From positions 26,101 through 90,100 of the forward strand of contig DATFYE010000203.1 of the NCBI GenBank assembly GCA_035315185.1: DNA of 64,000 bases. The letters are read 5' to 3'. A program made the translations under genes and the position numbers. The notes under the pieces are model-generated. The model was not told the DNA's origin, searched no databases, and worked only from the letters and a program-made list of their open reading frames with translations. Below, piece after piece: positions 29,856-39,649 of this stretch (within the stretch, counting starts at the first letter, position 1; each line of letters starts with the position of its first letter). The stretch is from Syntrophorhabdales bacterium (GTDB taxonomy: Bacteria; Desulfobacterota; Syntrophorhabdia; Syntrophorhabdales; WCHB1-27).

Positions 29856-29884
29856 AAGGAGCTTCAACCTTAGCTGAGCCGTTT

Positions 29885-31159
29885 ATGTCCGACGGAGGAC
29901 GTTTGAACCTCGGTAGACAGGTTTTTGAGTTCTTGCAAGCTGCGTCCGTCGCCCATGCCAAGTGGGATCTGGAAGTCTCCACGAACATAATAAAAAGTCC
30001 GAAGCGACTCTTTATCCTCCTCATCCTTCTGCTCCCTATCCTTGCGGTGGCGGTCTGTGAAGCGACGATACTCGGGGGAGAAAGCGCCTATGCTCCGGCC
30101 ACGTATTCCACCAAGATATTCTTGGTTTCCATCGTGATCGGTCTTTGCGCCGGCTTGATCACCGGCTGCATCGGTGCCGGGGGAGGGTTCATTATTACCC
30201 CGGCTCTCATGGCTGCTGGTATAAAAGGTATACTCGCCGTTGGTACAGACCTCTTCCACATATTTGCCAAGGCAATCATGGGGACCGCCATTCATCGGAA
30301 GTTAGGTAACGTTTCAGTGAAGTTGGCCGCGGCCTTCCTGGTGGGGTCGGCAGTAGGCACTGTTCTTGGCGGGACTGTCAACAAGGCAATCTATAACATA
30401 AATCCCCTTCTCAGCAATCTGTTTATTAGCGTCATTTATTCTTTTCTTCTTGGATTTCTCGGGTTCTACGGGCTTTACGATTTTCTCAGGGCGACTCGCA
30501 AAACAACGAAGTCCTCGGCCAAAGACAAGGGGCAAGGAGCGCACTCGGGCCGCACGGGGATGACCGGCGTGGCAGTCAAGCTTCAGCATCTGAATATTCC
30601 GCCTATGCTCACGTTCGATGAAGACCTCGGGGGTCGTCGTATCCCTGCTGTAGTCGTGATGCTGGGAGGGCTGATAGTCGGAACTCTCGCGTCCCTCATG
30701 GGCGTGGGGGGCGGCTTTGTGACCTTTCCCATGTTCGTTTATATTTTCGGGGTTTCCTCCATGACGACGGTGGGGACGGATATCCTCCAGATCATCGTCA
30801 CAGCAGGCCTTGGCGCAATCGGTCAGTACGCCATTTACGGCTACGTTTTCTACTCCCTGGCCATGGGGATGCTTCTGGGTTCCCTGATCGGTATTCAAGT
30901 GGGAGCCTTGACCACCAAAGTGGTCAGAGGAATCCATATCAGGGGATTCTATGCTGTCTCTATTCTGGCTGGGTTCGTCAACAGGGCAGCAACTCTCCCC
31001 AAACAAGTGAACGAACTGGAGATCCTCAAGATCCCTTCCTGGATCTCAGGACCGATCGATCTCATAGGTACCATTGTTTTCTGGGCTGTAACCGGTTTCT
31101 TTGGTCTCTGGGTTTTGAGCAAGTTCTTTGGTAACCTCAAAGCCCTTCGGGAGGAATAG
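29885..31159 (+). CDS. TSUP-family permease 4, long form
   Basis: 424 aa. It has GCIGAGGGFIITPAL..GTDLFHI and SLMGVGGGFVTFPMF..GTDILQI. The start codon is uncertain. Confidence 0.75.
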   Translation: MSDGGRLNLGRQVFEFLQAASVAHAKWDLEVSTNIIKSPKRLFILLILLLPILAVAVCEATILGGESAYAPATYSTKIFLVSIVIGLCAGLITGCIGAGGGFIITPALMAAGIKGILAVGTDLFHIFAKAIMGTAIHRKLGNVSVKLAAAFLVGSAVGTVLGGTVNKAIYNINPLLSNLFISVIYSFLLGFLGFYGLYDFLRATRKTTKSSAKDKGQGAHSGRTGMTGVAVKLQHLNIPPMLTFDEDLGGRRIPAVVVMLGGLIVGTLASLMGVGGGFVTFPMFVYIFGVSSMTTVGTDILQIIVTAGLGAIGQYAIYGYVFYSLAMGMLLGSLIGIQVGALTTKVVRGIHIRGFYAVSILAGFVNRAATLPKQVNELEILKIPSWISGPIDLIGTIVFWAVTGFFGLWVLSKFFGNLKALREE

Positions 31160-31162
31160 AAG

Positions 31163-31870
31163 ATGCTGATCGCCCGAAAAGGCCCTTTCATCCTTGGTAT
31201 GTTGCTATCCCTCTCCTTCGTCGGAGTACTCGCCCTCATCTTCTCACCCGTTTTTGGAGGCAAGAACGGGCTGGATTACGCTGACGATCTCTTCAACAAA
31301 TTATCCAAAGGATCCTCTTATTTTATCCCTAAACTGGTAAAGAAGAACGAGCAGAACGTGGGCAAATCATTTCGAGCCGTCTTCACTGTGGAAAAAAGGA
31401 GCGAGCAGATTGCAGAGGTCTTTGAGGCGGCGGGAGCAAGGGTCGACTTGCAGGGGAATAGCATGACCGTAGAAGGAGACCTGGGAAAGCTCTGCCAATC
31501 TGCTCTGGAGGATGCAAACTACGTGTTTAATAATGACGGCTCCAAAGTAGCAACGAGGTACGGCCGGGACGAACGTCAGGTCATGCAAGACTGGTGGACA
31601 GGTCTCACCAGGATGGAGAAATCATTTAAGAAAAATATGCAGATCAAAGAATCGGAAGCAATCTCTGAAGTAGTTCGGAAAGCTGTTGAACCTGCTTACA
31701 ACTTTTACAACGTGGAGGCGCAGAACGTGTCCGATCGCTGGGGCCTCATGTCCCTTATGCTGATTTTTTATGTGCTCTATACATTGTGGTGGGGCTATGC
31801 GATTCTGTATCTCTTTTTGGGATTGGGTCTCAGCATGAAGAGGGCCAAGGTGAAAAAAGAAGTGGGTTGA
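31163..31870 (+). CDS. membrane protein of unknown function (TM - soluble domain - TM)
   Basis: 235 aa with a GGGAGGAA Shine-Dalgarno, tightly packed after the permease. It has an N-terminal TM and C-terminal hydrophobic helices. No family recognised. Confidence 0.55.
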   Translation: MLIARKGPFILGMLLSLSFVGVLALIFSPVFGGKNGLDYADDLFNKLSKGSSYFIPKLVKKNEQNVGKSFRAVFTVEKRSEQIAEVFEAAGARVDLQGNSMTVEGDLGKLCQSALEDANYVFNNDGSKVATRYGRDERQVMQDWWTGLTRMEKSFKKNMQIKESEAISEVVRKAVEPAYNFYNVEAQNVSDRWGLMSLMLIFYVLYTLWWGYAILYLFLGLGLSMKRAKVKKEVG

Positions 31871-31903
31871 AGACGGGCCGGAAATAATGAAAGGAGGTTA
31901 AGG

Positions 31904-32197
31904 ATGATCGCTTTTCTAAGAAGGACGTCTGTTATGGCGTTACTTATGACCGCACTCCTGTCTGGCGTGGCCTTGGCCGCAGAAGGAGGGCCCACGTTAG
32001 TAATCGTGGCAGATACCCGGGGGCTGAGCGGACCCCTGGCATGGTTGGCCAACCTGTACAATGAAAGCCATCTCTATTTTACGGTTTTCACGGCAATCGC
32101 TGTTCCGGCCATGGGCCTCATTCTAGGCCTGCTCGCAGACGTAGTGATGCGCAAGATCGGTCTCGATCTAAAGTCGAGGAAACTGGCAGAGCGCTAG
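31904..32197 (+). CDS. small exported/membrane protein of unknown function
   Basis: 97 aa with an AAAGGAGG Shine-Dalgarno, a signal-like N-terminus (ALLMTALLSGVALA) and one further TM. Confidence 0.5.
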   Translation: MIAFLRRTSVMALLMTALLSGVALAAEGGPTLVIVADTRGLSGPLAWLANLYNESHLYFTVFTAIAVPAMGLILGLLADVVMRKIGLDLKSRKLAER

Positions 32198-32226
32198 GAG
32201 TTACTTTAGCCGAAGGAGGTTCGACC

Positions 32227-33297
32227 ATGGATTTTCTCTATCTTCAATTACCCATATCAGGTGTCGTCATTTTCTGGCCAGGACTCGTTATCCTCGGCTT
32301 CGGCTGCGGAATGATCGGCGGCTTTTTTGGCATGGCCGGCGCCTGGATGGTAACTCCCGGTCTTAATATTTTGGGCCTTCCCATGGCCTTTGCCATCGGC
32401 ACCGATATCGCTCACATGGCTGGGAAGTCCATTATTTCCACCATGAGGCACGGCAAGTTCGGCAATGTCGATTACCGGATAGGGTTCATCATGGTTTTGG
32501 GCACGGTCATCGGGATCGAAGCGGGCGCCCAGATGATCATGTGGTTCGAACGAATCGGCAAAGTAGACCTTTATGTACGCTGGCTTTACGTTATTCTCCT
32601 CACCCTGATTGCCTGGATGGTTTTCGGTGACCTGGCCAAAAGAAAGAAGAAGGAACGGGAGGCTGCCGCAGCCGGAAAGACATTGGACGACCTGGCTACC
32701 GGGATCGAATGGTATAAGACCCTGCACAAAATCCGCATCCCTCCGATGATCCATTTTAAGACCGCCGGGATTTACTGCTCCATGTGGCTGCCCGTGCTCA
32801 TAGCCTTTCTTACGGGCTGGCTTGCGGGTATTCTGGGCATTGGCGGCGGCTTGATCCGGATGCCCTCCCTCGTCTATTTCATGGGATGCCCTACCCACAT
32901 AGCTGTGGGGACCGACCTTTTTGAAGTCATGATTTCCGGTCTCTATGGAGCCGCCACGTACGCGTATAAGGGTCGGGTGGAATTCGTTGCCGCAGTCATA
33001 ATGCTGCTCGGCGCTGCTGTCGGGGCTCAGATCGGAACGGTTGCAACTAAATATGTCAAGGGGTACGGGATCAGAGTTGCCTTTGGTTGGGCCGTGATCG
33101 GGTGCGGGCTCTCCGTAGTCATGAAGCTCCTTCCCACGTATTTTCCGTCCTGGAAGCCCGTCACGAACGTTGCAGCAACAATACTGATCCTTGGACTGGT
33201 AGGCAGCATATCACTCTATATCCTTGTTCGGATGCTCAGGGGCGCCGCACAGGAATTGGCAGCGAAGAAGGCGGGGGCTTTGAGCGTGTCGAATTAA
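32227..33297 (+). CDS. TSUP-family permease 5, long form
   Basis: 356 aa with a GAAGGAGG Shine-Dalgarno. It has GGFFGMAGAWMVTPGL..GTDIAHM and GILGIGGGLIRMPSL..GTDLFEV. Confidence 0.75.
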   Translation: MDFLYLQLPISGVVIFWPGLVILGFGCGMIGGFFGMAGAWMVTPGLNILGLPMAFAIGTDIAHMAGKSIISTMRHGKFGNVDYRIGFIMVLGTVIGIEAGAQMIMWFERIGKVDLYVRWLYVILLTLIAWMVFGDLAKRKKKEREAAAAGKTLDDLATGIEWYKTLHKIRIPPMIHFKTAGIYCSMWLPVLIAFLTGWLAGILGIGGGLIRMPSLVYFMGCPTHIAVGTDLFEVMISGLYGAATYAYKGRVEFVAAVIMLLGAAVGAQIGTVATKYVKGYGIRVAFGWAVIGCGLSVVMKLLPTYFPSWKPVTNVAATILILGLVGSISLYILVRMLRGAAQELAAKKAGALSVSN

Positions 33298-33331
33298 CCC
33301 CAAATCGTCTACGTATAGGGAGAGACTCTGC

Positions 33332-33943
33332 ATGAAAACAAAAAAAGCTTGGTGGATGTTCGGTGTGCTGCTCGCTTTCTTAGTGAGCGCCGGTTGTGGC
33401 AAGCAGGGCAAAGTGGACCAAGGGAGGGTGATCGACTTCGACAAGTCCAAGGGCTCAGTGACGTTGATCCACGACTCTTCACCCGATCCGAAGAACCCGG
33501 ATTACAGTACCTTGCCGCCTATTACCTATGCCATTCCTGAGGAAAAGGAAGAAATGGGCGCCGATCCCAAAGCGGGATACCGCATGAAACTGGATACCAC
33601 GAAGAATGAAATTGTGATGTTTGATCCCCTTTCCCAGACCTTCAAAACAGTCCATTACACGCTGGTGGACCAGAAGGAGAATATTGCCAAGGATGACCCC
33701 CTGGTATTTGATAAGGCGAAAAAGGAGGCGAGGAAGTTCCCGGTCGTCGATCGCGAGAAGAAGACAATCTCAATCTATTCCTCGAGACAGAAATTGCTCG
33801 TTACCTTTTCCGTTGCGGATGAATACATCGCCTTGCCCGATAAGACTTGGGACGCGGGCGATGAAGTGCGCATCTACTCCAAGGAGAAGGGGAAGGCCAG
33901 CAGGCTGATGAACATTACCAAGACCGATATCTACGGAAAATAG
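33332..33943 (+). CDS. lipoprotein of unknown function
   Basis: The signal peptide ends in the lipobox LVSAGC. The mature part of about 180 aa is hydrophilic. Confidence 0.65.
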   Translation: MKTKKAWWMFGVLLAFLVSAGCGKQGKVDQGRVIDFDKSKGSVTLIHDSSPDPKNPDYSTLPPITYAIPEEKEEMGADPKAGYRMKLDTTKNEIVMFDPLSQTFKTVHYTLVDQKENIAKDDPLVFDKAKKEARKFPVVDREKKTISIYSSRQKLLVTFSVADEYIALPDKTWDAGDEVRIYSKEKGKASRLMNITKTDIYGK

Positions 33944-33989
33944 GAGGGCGGAAGATAGAGTTGGCTTCCAGCTGTCGGCAAGAAACTCT

Positions 33990-34814
33990 ATGACTCTGCG
34001 AGGAACTTCGGCGTTCAGGGACTGGGCAGGAAGGGCGGGTGCCCTTTTCTGCATACTCTTTTTTCTTATCTTGTTCGATGGTTTCAGCGCTCGATTCCAG
34101 GAACCTCCTGACCTTCTTCTTTGTTTACGCGGCCGTTCAGCTGCGATGTCAGGATTCTTGTCTGAAAAAATCGGTAGTTCCGACGAATTAAAGTATGTGA
34201 CAAATTCAAGAGGGATTGGGCTGGTTATTGATTCCCTCCAGACGGGCTTCTGGCTGGGCCGACCCATGTGGCGCGGGAGAATCTTGGTGAGCACCGAGAC
34301 ACAGCCCGGCCAGTACGAGATAGTTCTCTTCACCCAAAAAGGAGGCAAAGAAAATTCTGTCAATTCTTTCCGCATTCGTGTATTTAGAGATGAAGCCGGC
34401 CTGAGGAAAGCTTCAGCTTCCTATATCCGGCGTTACCTTGGAATCAGCCCCTGGTGGGCCGCTCCTTTCTTCTTTCTTCTCATCGTGTTAATGTTCGGAG
34501 CTGTTTTTTTTCTTTCCCGGAAGAGAGAAGGCCTGCTGGCAAAGGACGGCAAAGCTGAAGTGTATCGGGTCTTGAAAGGAGAGGCGAGTTGCATGGTATA
34601 CTTTGGTCTGGGATCGCGTCAGGGGATCCACCCGGGAACTTCCGTGACTCTTTTAAACGTAGGAGGAGAACGCATCGGTACGGCTGTGGTAGAGGACGTT
34701 TTCGAGGACCATGCCATAGCCCGGACGGAGCGGGACTTTTCTGTATGGCCGGGCCCCATAATCGTCCGTTCCGGCCTGCCCCATGCCCATTCCGTGAATC
34801 AGGCTGCTTGTTGA
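33990..34814 (+). CDS. membrane protein of unknown function
   Basis: 274 aa with two hydrophobic helices. There is no clear Shine-Dalgarno, so the start is uncertain. Confidence 0.45.
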   Translation: MTLRGTSAFRDWAGRAGALFCILFFLILFDGFSARFQEPPDLLLCLRGRSAAMSGFLSEKIGSSDELKYVTNSRGIGLVIDSLQTGFWLGRPMWRGRILVSTETQPGQYEIVLFTQKGGKENSVNSFRIRVFRDEAGLRKASASYIRRYLGISPWWAAPFFFLLIVLMFGAVFFLSRKREGLLAKDGKAEVYRVLKGEASCMVYFGLGSRQGIHPGTSVTLLNVGGERIGTAVVEDVFEDHAIARTERDFSVWPGPIIVRSGLPHAHSVNQAAC

Positions 34815-34841
34815 GGCCTATCCACACCCGAGGAAAGTCAG

Positions 34842-36515
34842 ATGGGGGAGAAAGACTACAAAAAATTATGGTGGAAAATCGTCTTTGCCATTCTCGGTTT
34901 TTCTCTGATCCCTCTCTTTGCTCTCGGCATCGCCATTTACTACCAGTTTAGCGTCTCCTACACGGCCAAGATCATAGAAGACCTGAAGACCTTAGTGGAG
35001 AATCGCCGGAGTGCGATAGATCTTTTCTTTGATGAACGTATCTCCCAGCTGGTGACCTTAGCCCATACCCACAGCTTAAGCCTGCTGACTGATGAGACCA
35101 ACCTGAATGTAATGTTTAATACGATGCAAACCCGCTCGAAGTCTTTTATCGACATTGGCGTTATTGACTGGAAGGGTAATCACGTGGCGTATGTCGGCCC
35201 TTATCCGGAGCTTAAAGGGGTCAATTACAAGAACGAGGAGTGGTTCCAGTCGGTCCTGTCTAGAGGGGTCTACATCAGCGACGTATTTATGGGGTTTCGA
35301 AAATTTCCTCACTTCATCATCGCTGTCGCGAGTCGGCAAGGCGATAAGACGTGGATTCTTCGGGCGACGATCAACTCCGATATTATTGATCGCCTAGTCG
35401 GAGCTGCTCAAATGGGGAAACGAGGAGACGCCTTCATTATAAACAAGGATAACATGCTCCAAACAGCTCCCCGGTTCAGCGGCGATCTGCTTGGCCGACC
35501 AAAGGCACCCGATTTCTCAAAGACAGTCGAAACTTCCGTTGAAGAGATTGCATCGGGCAGCGAGCACAGCTTTTTTTCTGCCAGTGTGATCAACAACACC
35601 AGATGGATTCTGGTTGTAAAAGAGGAGTTCGGGGAACAGCTGACCCCTCTATTGAGAGCCCGCTCTATCGCCGTGGCCCTCTGCTTGGTCGGTATACTGG
35701 TCATCGTTGTAGGTACCGTGCTAACCACCCGTTCTCTGATGAAGGAATTGATCAGGGTGGACCGGGAGAAAGCTGTTTCCGATGATATGGTTATTCAATC
35801 GAGTAAAATGGCGGCACTGGGAAAGATGGCTGCCGGCATAGCTCATGAGATTAACAACCCTCTTGCGGTGATAGGGGAGAAGGTGGGCTGGATAAGAGAT
35901 CTTCTGACTGAAGAAGACCTTGGCCACAGTACCAACCTTAAGGAGATTGATGATGCGGCCCGCAGCGTGCAAGCACAAGTGGAGCGGGCGAGGAAAGTGA
36001 CGCACCGCTTCCTGGGTTTTGCCAGGCGCATGGAGCCGGTCCGCGAACAGGTTGACGTGAACAGAACCTTGAACGATACGGTTGAGCTGCTGGGCAACGA
36101 ATCCCGATATCGCAACATTGATATTCAGATGGAGCTTGATCCAAATCTGCCAAGGCTCCTGAGCGATGCGTCTCAACTGCAGCAGGTGTTTATTAACATC
36201 ATCAACAACGCAATCGATGCCATCGACGGCGTTATTGACCCTTCCCGCAGGGGTGGAAAGATCCAGATAAGAACCGCACTTCTCTCCAAGACGAACGAAA
36301 TCCTGATAGAGATTTCAGATGACGGCCCGGGAATATCCAAAGAAAATATCGGTAAGATTTTTGACCCGTTTTTTACCACTAAAGAGGTTGGAAAAGGCAC
36401 GGGCCTGGGCTTGTCCATCGTGTATAGCATTATAGAGAAACTGGGCGGCCGAGTCACCGTCGCCAGCAAGAACGGCAAAGGAACGACCTTTGCAATCTCT
36501 TTTCCAGTGATGTAA
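34842..36515 (+). CDS. sensor histidine kinase with periplasmic Cache-like domain
   Basis: Two TM helices flank a sensor domain of about 260 aa. H-box AHEINNPLAVI, N-box INNAIDA, and G-boxes DDGPGI and GTGLGLS. Confidence 0.85.
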   Translation: MGEKDYKKLWWKIVFAILGFSLIPLFALGIAIYYQFSVSYTAKIIEDLKTLVENRRSAIDLFFDERISQLVTLAHTHSLSLLTDETNLNVMFNTMQTRSKSFIDIGVIDWKGNHVAYVGPYPELKGVNYKNEEWFQSVLSRGVYISDVFMGFRKFPHFIIAVASRQGDKTWILRATINSDIIDRLVGAAQMGKRGDAFIINKDNMLQTAPRFSGDLLGRPKAPDFSKTVETSVEEIASGSEHSFFSASVINNTRWILVVKEEFGEQLTPLLRARSIAVALCLVGILVIVVGTVLTTRSLMKELIRVDREKAVSDDMVIQSSKMAALGKMAAGIAHEINNPLAVIGEKVGWIRDLLTEEDLGHSTNLKEIDDAARSVQAQVERARKVTHRFLGFARRMEPVREQVDVNRTLNDTVELLGNESRYRNIDIQMELDPNLPRLLSDASQLQQVFINIINNAIDAIDGVIDPSRRGGKIQIRTALLSKTNEILIEISDDGPGISKENIGKIFDPFFTTKEVGKGTGLGLSIVYSIIEKLGGRVTVASKNGKGTTFAISFPVM

Positions 36516-36538
36516 GAAGGAAGGGCAGAAGGGGCTGC

Positions 36539-36937
36539 ATGGCTGAGGCATTTCGAGTGCTGGTCGTTGATGACGAAGGTGATTTCAGGGAGACGCTGGT
36601 CAAGAGGCTAAAAGCGAGAAAACTGGATGTCCGCGGTAGTGAAAGCGGTCAAAGCGCCCTTGACCTGATGGAAAAGATAGCGTTTGATGTCGTGATCTTA
36701 GATATCAAGATGCCGGGTATGGATGGGATCACGGCCTTGGAAGAGATGAAAAAGAGGACGCCGTTCGTCGAGGTGATTCTCCTCACGGGCCACGCTTCTG
36801 TGGAGGCAGGGATTGAAGGGATGAAGCTCGGAGCCTTCGATTATGTGATGAAACCGGTAAACGTCGATGAGTTGCTCGAAAAGGTACGCGAAGCATACGA
36901 AAGAAAAGTCATTCGCGAGGAACAACCTGAGAGTTAG
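36539..36937 (+). CDS. stand-alone response-regulator receiver protein
   Basis: 132 aa. VLVVDDE, phospho-acceptor context LDIKMPGMDG, LTGH and KP motifs. Confidence 0.85.
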   Translation: MAEAFRVLVVDDEGDFRETLVKRLKARKLDVRGSESGQSALDLMEKIAFDVVILDIKMPGMDGITALEEMKKRTPFVEVILLTGHASVEAGIEGMKLGAFDYVMKPVNVDELLEKVREAYERKVIREEQPES

Positions 36938-39531
36938 CCGCTCCCGAGTGAATAATTCCCGGCCAGAAAATTCTTAGCAAGAGCAGGAATGCTCTCCTCA
37001 TTCTGCATGAGCATGTCCATCTGACGTGTATAGAGGAGTAGTCTTCCGATCAGGTCCAGTCTTTCAGTGATAAGATCGCATGGGTACTTTTGTATCCGCG
37101 CGTCCACTAAATCCTCGTGGACGTTCACCGCAAAATCCAACTTTTTCAAGATGAGGGCAATGGCTCGCGCCCGACGGTTGCGTCGTACATAGTCGGCAGC
37201 CCCTCCTTTAAATGAAAAGCTGATGTAGTTCGCATCGACACTCGGGCCGCAATGCGAATCAAGAGCGCTGTAATGGTAGCCCACTCTGGAACTGAAGTTC
37301 AGATAGTAGTTCGAGATGATGGCGAAACTTGCGTCTCCAAAACGGTCAGTAGTTGGTGGAGGGGCTGTTGCCTGCTCCATCATGACAGAGACAAAACCGC
37401 TGAGGCTGACCGGTCGCGGACCGGCCTGCTGAAAAGCTTCATGCATCATTCCGCTGAGAACCGCCTTAAAAGGAACGGAACCTATATCATCAACCTTGAT
37501 CTTCTTCGATTCCTCTTTGCCTGACACAATTCCGCCTCCCACGTCTATCACGTAAAGGTCCAGGGGAATTTTAGCCTCCAGTTTGACCGCAAAACCGTCT
37601 TTTCTTGAAACTAAATCACCAATCTCGAACATCTCGGCATAAGACTTTTCATGCACCAGACGGCCGATGTCATGAAGGGTCTCGCAAAACTCAGGAGCAA
37701 AGTCCGAAGCTTTTGGGTCTGTCAAGCGTAAAGGGACAATATAGTCGGCGAGCTTTCGCAAAGTCTGGTAAACCGGCGTATGCTTCATCGGGGACTCGAC
37801 CTTCTTCTGGAGGGCCAGTAACTCAATAGCCGTTCCCTGGTAGACCTTTCCGGAAAAAGCGTCTACCGTGATCTGCATTCCTGTAGGAATAGTCGCGGTA
37901 GCTATCTTTGTACCGAGGATTGTGGGAACAGCAAATTCTCTCGCTAATGAAGCCATATGCCCGGCCACGCTTCCTATATCTGTGAGAATGGCCTGCGCCT
38001 TTTTCATCACGAGAACAAACTTGGGCGAAGACTGTTTGGCGACCAGAATCGCTCCCTCGGGGAAATTCATCAAATCTTCCTCGGATTGAACTTGAAACGC
38101 AGGTCCACAGCCGACACCTGGGTAAGCCACAGTTCCATCTTTTATGAGCACTGGATAATCTGAGAGTAGAGGGATTGAATGAATGTCCGATTCCAATGAT
38201 TCCACGTGAAGAGGGCGCGATTGAAGGAGCAAGAGTTTTCCTTCTTGGTTCAATGCCCATTCGATGTCCTGGGGATTCTTATAATGTGTTTCTAACGCTA
38301 GGGCATATCCCGCCAGGGTGCTGATCTGTTCGGGAGTCAGACACGGGCTGTCCTGGTTTTCCTCTTCGACCGACAACTCCTGAAGTCCGCCTTCGGGAAG
38401 ATTGGCCAGGTATATTGGCTTATGAGAAACGACCGTACTCAGAATGTGGCTAAGATCCGTCTTGTCAACCGTGTACGAATCGGGAGTCACCCGCCCCTCG
38501 ACGGCAAAAGGGCCTAACCCCCAGACCGCCGTGATCATGATGTTGTTTTCCAGGACATTGAAGGGATGTCGCGTATAGATCACGCCGCTGGCTACCGCAT
38601 CAACCATCTGAAGACAGGCTACGCTCATAGCAATATCTTCATCCCTGATACCCTTATTCAGGCGATAGGCGATAGCCGGGGGCGTGTAAAGACTTGCGAC
38701 AACCTGCTTGTAAGCGGCGATCAACTGCTCGGGTGGCACATTGAGAACGGATAGATATTGGCCTGCAAAAGAGAGATCGCTGTCTTCTCCGGTTGCACTG
38801 CTACGGAGCGCGACCCTCAGGAAGAATGAATCATTCTCATTCGTACTCAGCCTCTGGCGCATCCGGTTATAGACTGATTGGATAGCAGATTCTAACTCCG
38901 CTGGGACTTCTGCCAGGGTGATGAGCCGCTGAATCTCTTCGCTGGATTTGGCGATAGCCTCCGGGCTGCGGGGGTCGATCTGCATTTTTGCCGCACTGAT
39001 TCTTTCAAAGAGATCATTATGCGAAAGGAACGAAGTGAAGCCCAGGGTAGTGATAGCAAACCCTTCAGGAATGGGCAAATGCAACTTGCTGTGCATCTCC
39101 CCGAGATTAGCATTCTTCCCGCCTACCCAATCGACCATCTCTTTGTTAATCTGGTCGTAGGTCAGAACTATTTCAGTGGGCGGAGGTTCTTTTCTCTTGT
39201 CCAATTCCTGCTGGATCTTGCTTTCTATCCGTTCCAGAGCTTCGAAGAGGCGGGGGTAGCGATGGTCAGACAGATCATCCAGATTCTTCACCATCCGTAA
39301 GGCATGGAATATGGCCCGGCTCGCCTGACTCCGGACATAGGCGATGCCGAAGACCTCGTCGCCGTGCAACTTTTCCTCTATGTCAGTGATGATATGGAGA
39401 AACTGAGTGTTTGATTCAAGCAGCATCCTGAAGGCAGAATATTTGAATCGAAACAGCCTTGTAAGGTAGTCCTTCCGGGTCGCCTTTCTCCTAACGATCC
39501 AGCTTCTGAAGGAATTTACATGCTTCAGCAT
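36934..39531 (-). CDS. dikinase-core protein with family-specific C-terminal domain (P3)
   Basis: 865 aa. Motifs present: VGGKNANLGEM, PEGFAITTLGF, LRSSATGEDSDLSFAGQ, DIEWALNQEGKLLLLQSRP, SVAGHMASLAREF, and C-terminal DVGGG, NFSSRVGYHYSALD, NYISFSFKGGAAD..RRNRRA, RQMDM. Confidence 0.8.
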   Translation of the reverse strand: MLKHVNSFRSWIVRRKATRKDYLTRLFRFKYSAFRMLLESNTQFLHIITDIEEKLHGDEVFGIAYVRSQASRAIFHALRMVKNLDDLSDHRYPRLFEALERIESKIQQELDKRKEPPPTEIVLTYDQINKEMVDWVGGKNANLGEMHSKLHLPIPEGFAITTLGFTSFLSHNDLFERISAAKMQIDPRSPEAIAKSSEEIQRLITLAEVPAELESAIQSVYNRMRQRLSTNENDSFFLRVALRSSATGEDSDLSFAGQYLSVLNVPPEQLIAAYKQVVASLYTPPAIAYRLNKGIRDEDIAMSVACLQMVDAVASGVIYTRHPFNVLENNIMITAVWGLGPFAVEGRVTPDSYTVDKTDLSHILSTVVSHKPIYLANLPEGGLQELSVEEENQDSPCLTPEQISTLAGYALALETHYKNPQDIEWALNQEGKLLLLQSRPLHVESLESDIHSIPLLSDYPVLIKDGTVAYPGVGCGPAFQVQSEEDLMNFPEGAILVAKQSSPKFVLVMKKAQAILTDIGSVAGHMASLAREFAVPTILGTKIATATIPTGMQITVDAFSGKVYQGTAIELLALQKKVESPMKHTPVYQTLRKLADYIVPLRLTDPKASDFAPEFCETLHDIGRLVHEKSYAEMFEIGDLVSRKDGFAVKLEAKIPLDLYVIDVGGGIVSGKEESKKIKVDDIGSVPFKAVLSGMMHEAFQQAGPRPVSLSGFVSVMMEQATAPPPTTDRFGDASFAIISNYYLNFSSRVGYHYSALDSHCGPSVDANYISFSFKGGAADYVRRNRRARAIALILKKLDFAVNVHEDLVDARIQKYPCDLITERLDLIGRLLLYTRQMDMLMQNEESIPALAKNFLAGNYSLGSG

Positions 39532-39649
39532 TTCGTTGTAGACCCTTGTCTATTATTGGGGCTCGCGTCGCCCCCTCCACTGGCCGAGCCAGTGGAGCCA
39601 CCCCCTCTCGCTCGCCGTACTCGCTAGATAGATTCCTGACGCCGGGAAT

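Noticed and set aside
39532-39649. Hairpins CCACTGGC-CGA-GCCAGTGG and GATTCC-N8-GGAATC between the receiver gene and P3, considered as a terminator or promoter.
   Set aside because: There is no T-run after the stems and I could define no -35/-10 pair. It may be an RNA-processing or REP-like element, but I cannot support a specific call.
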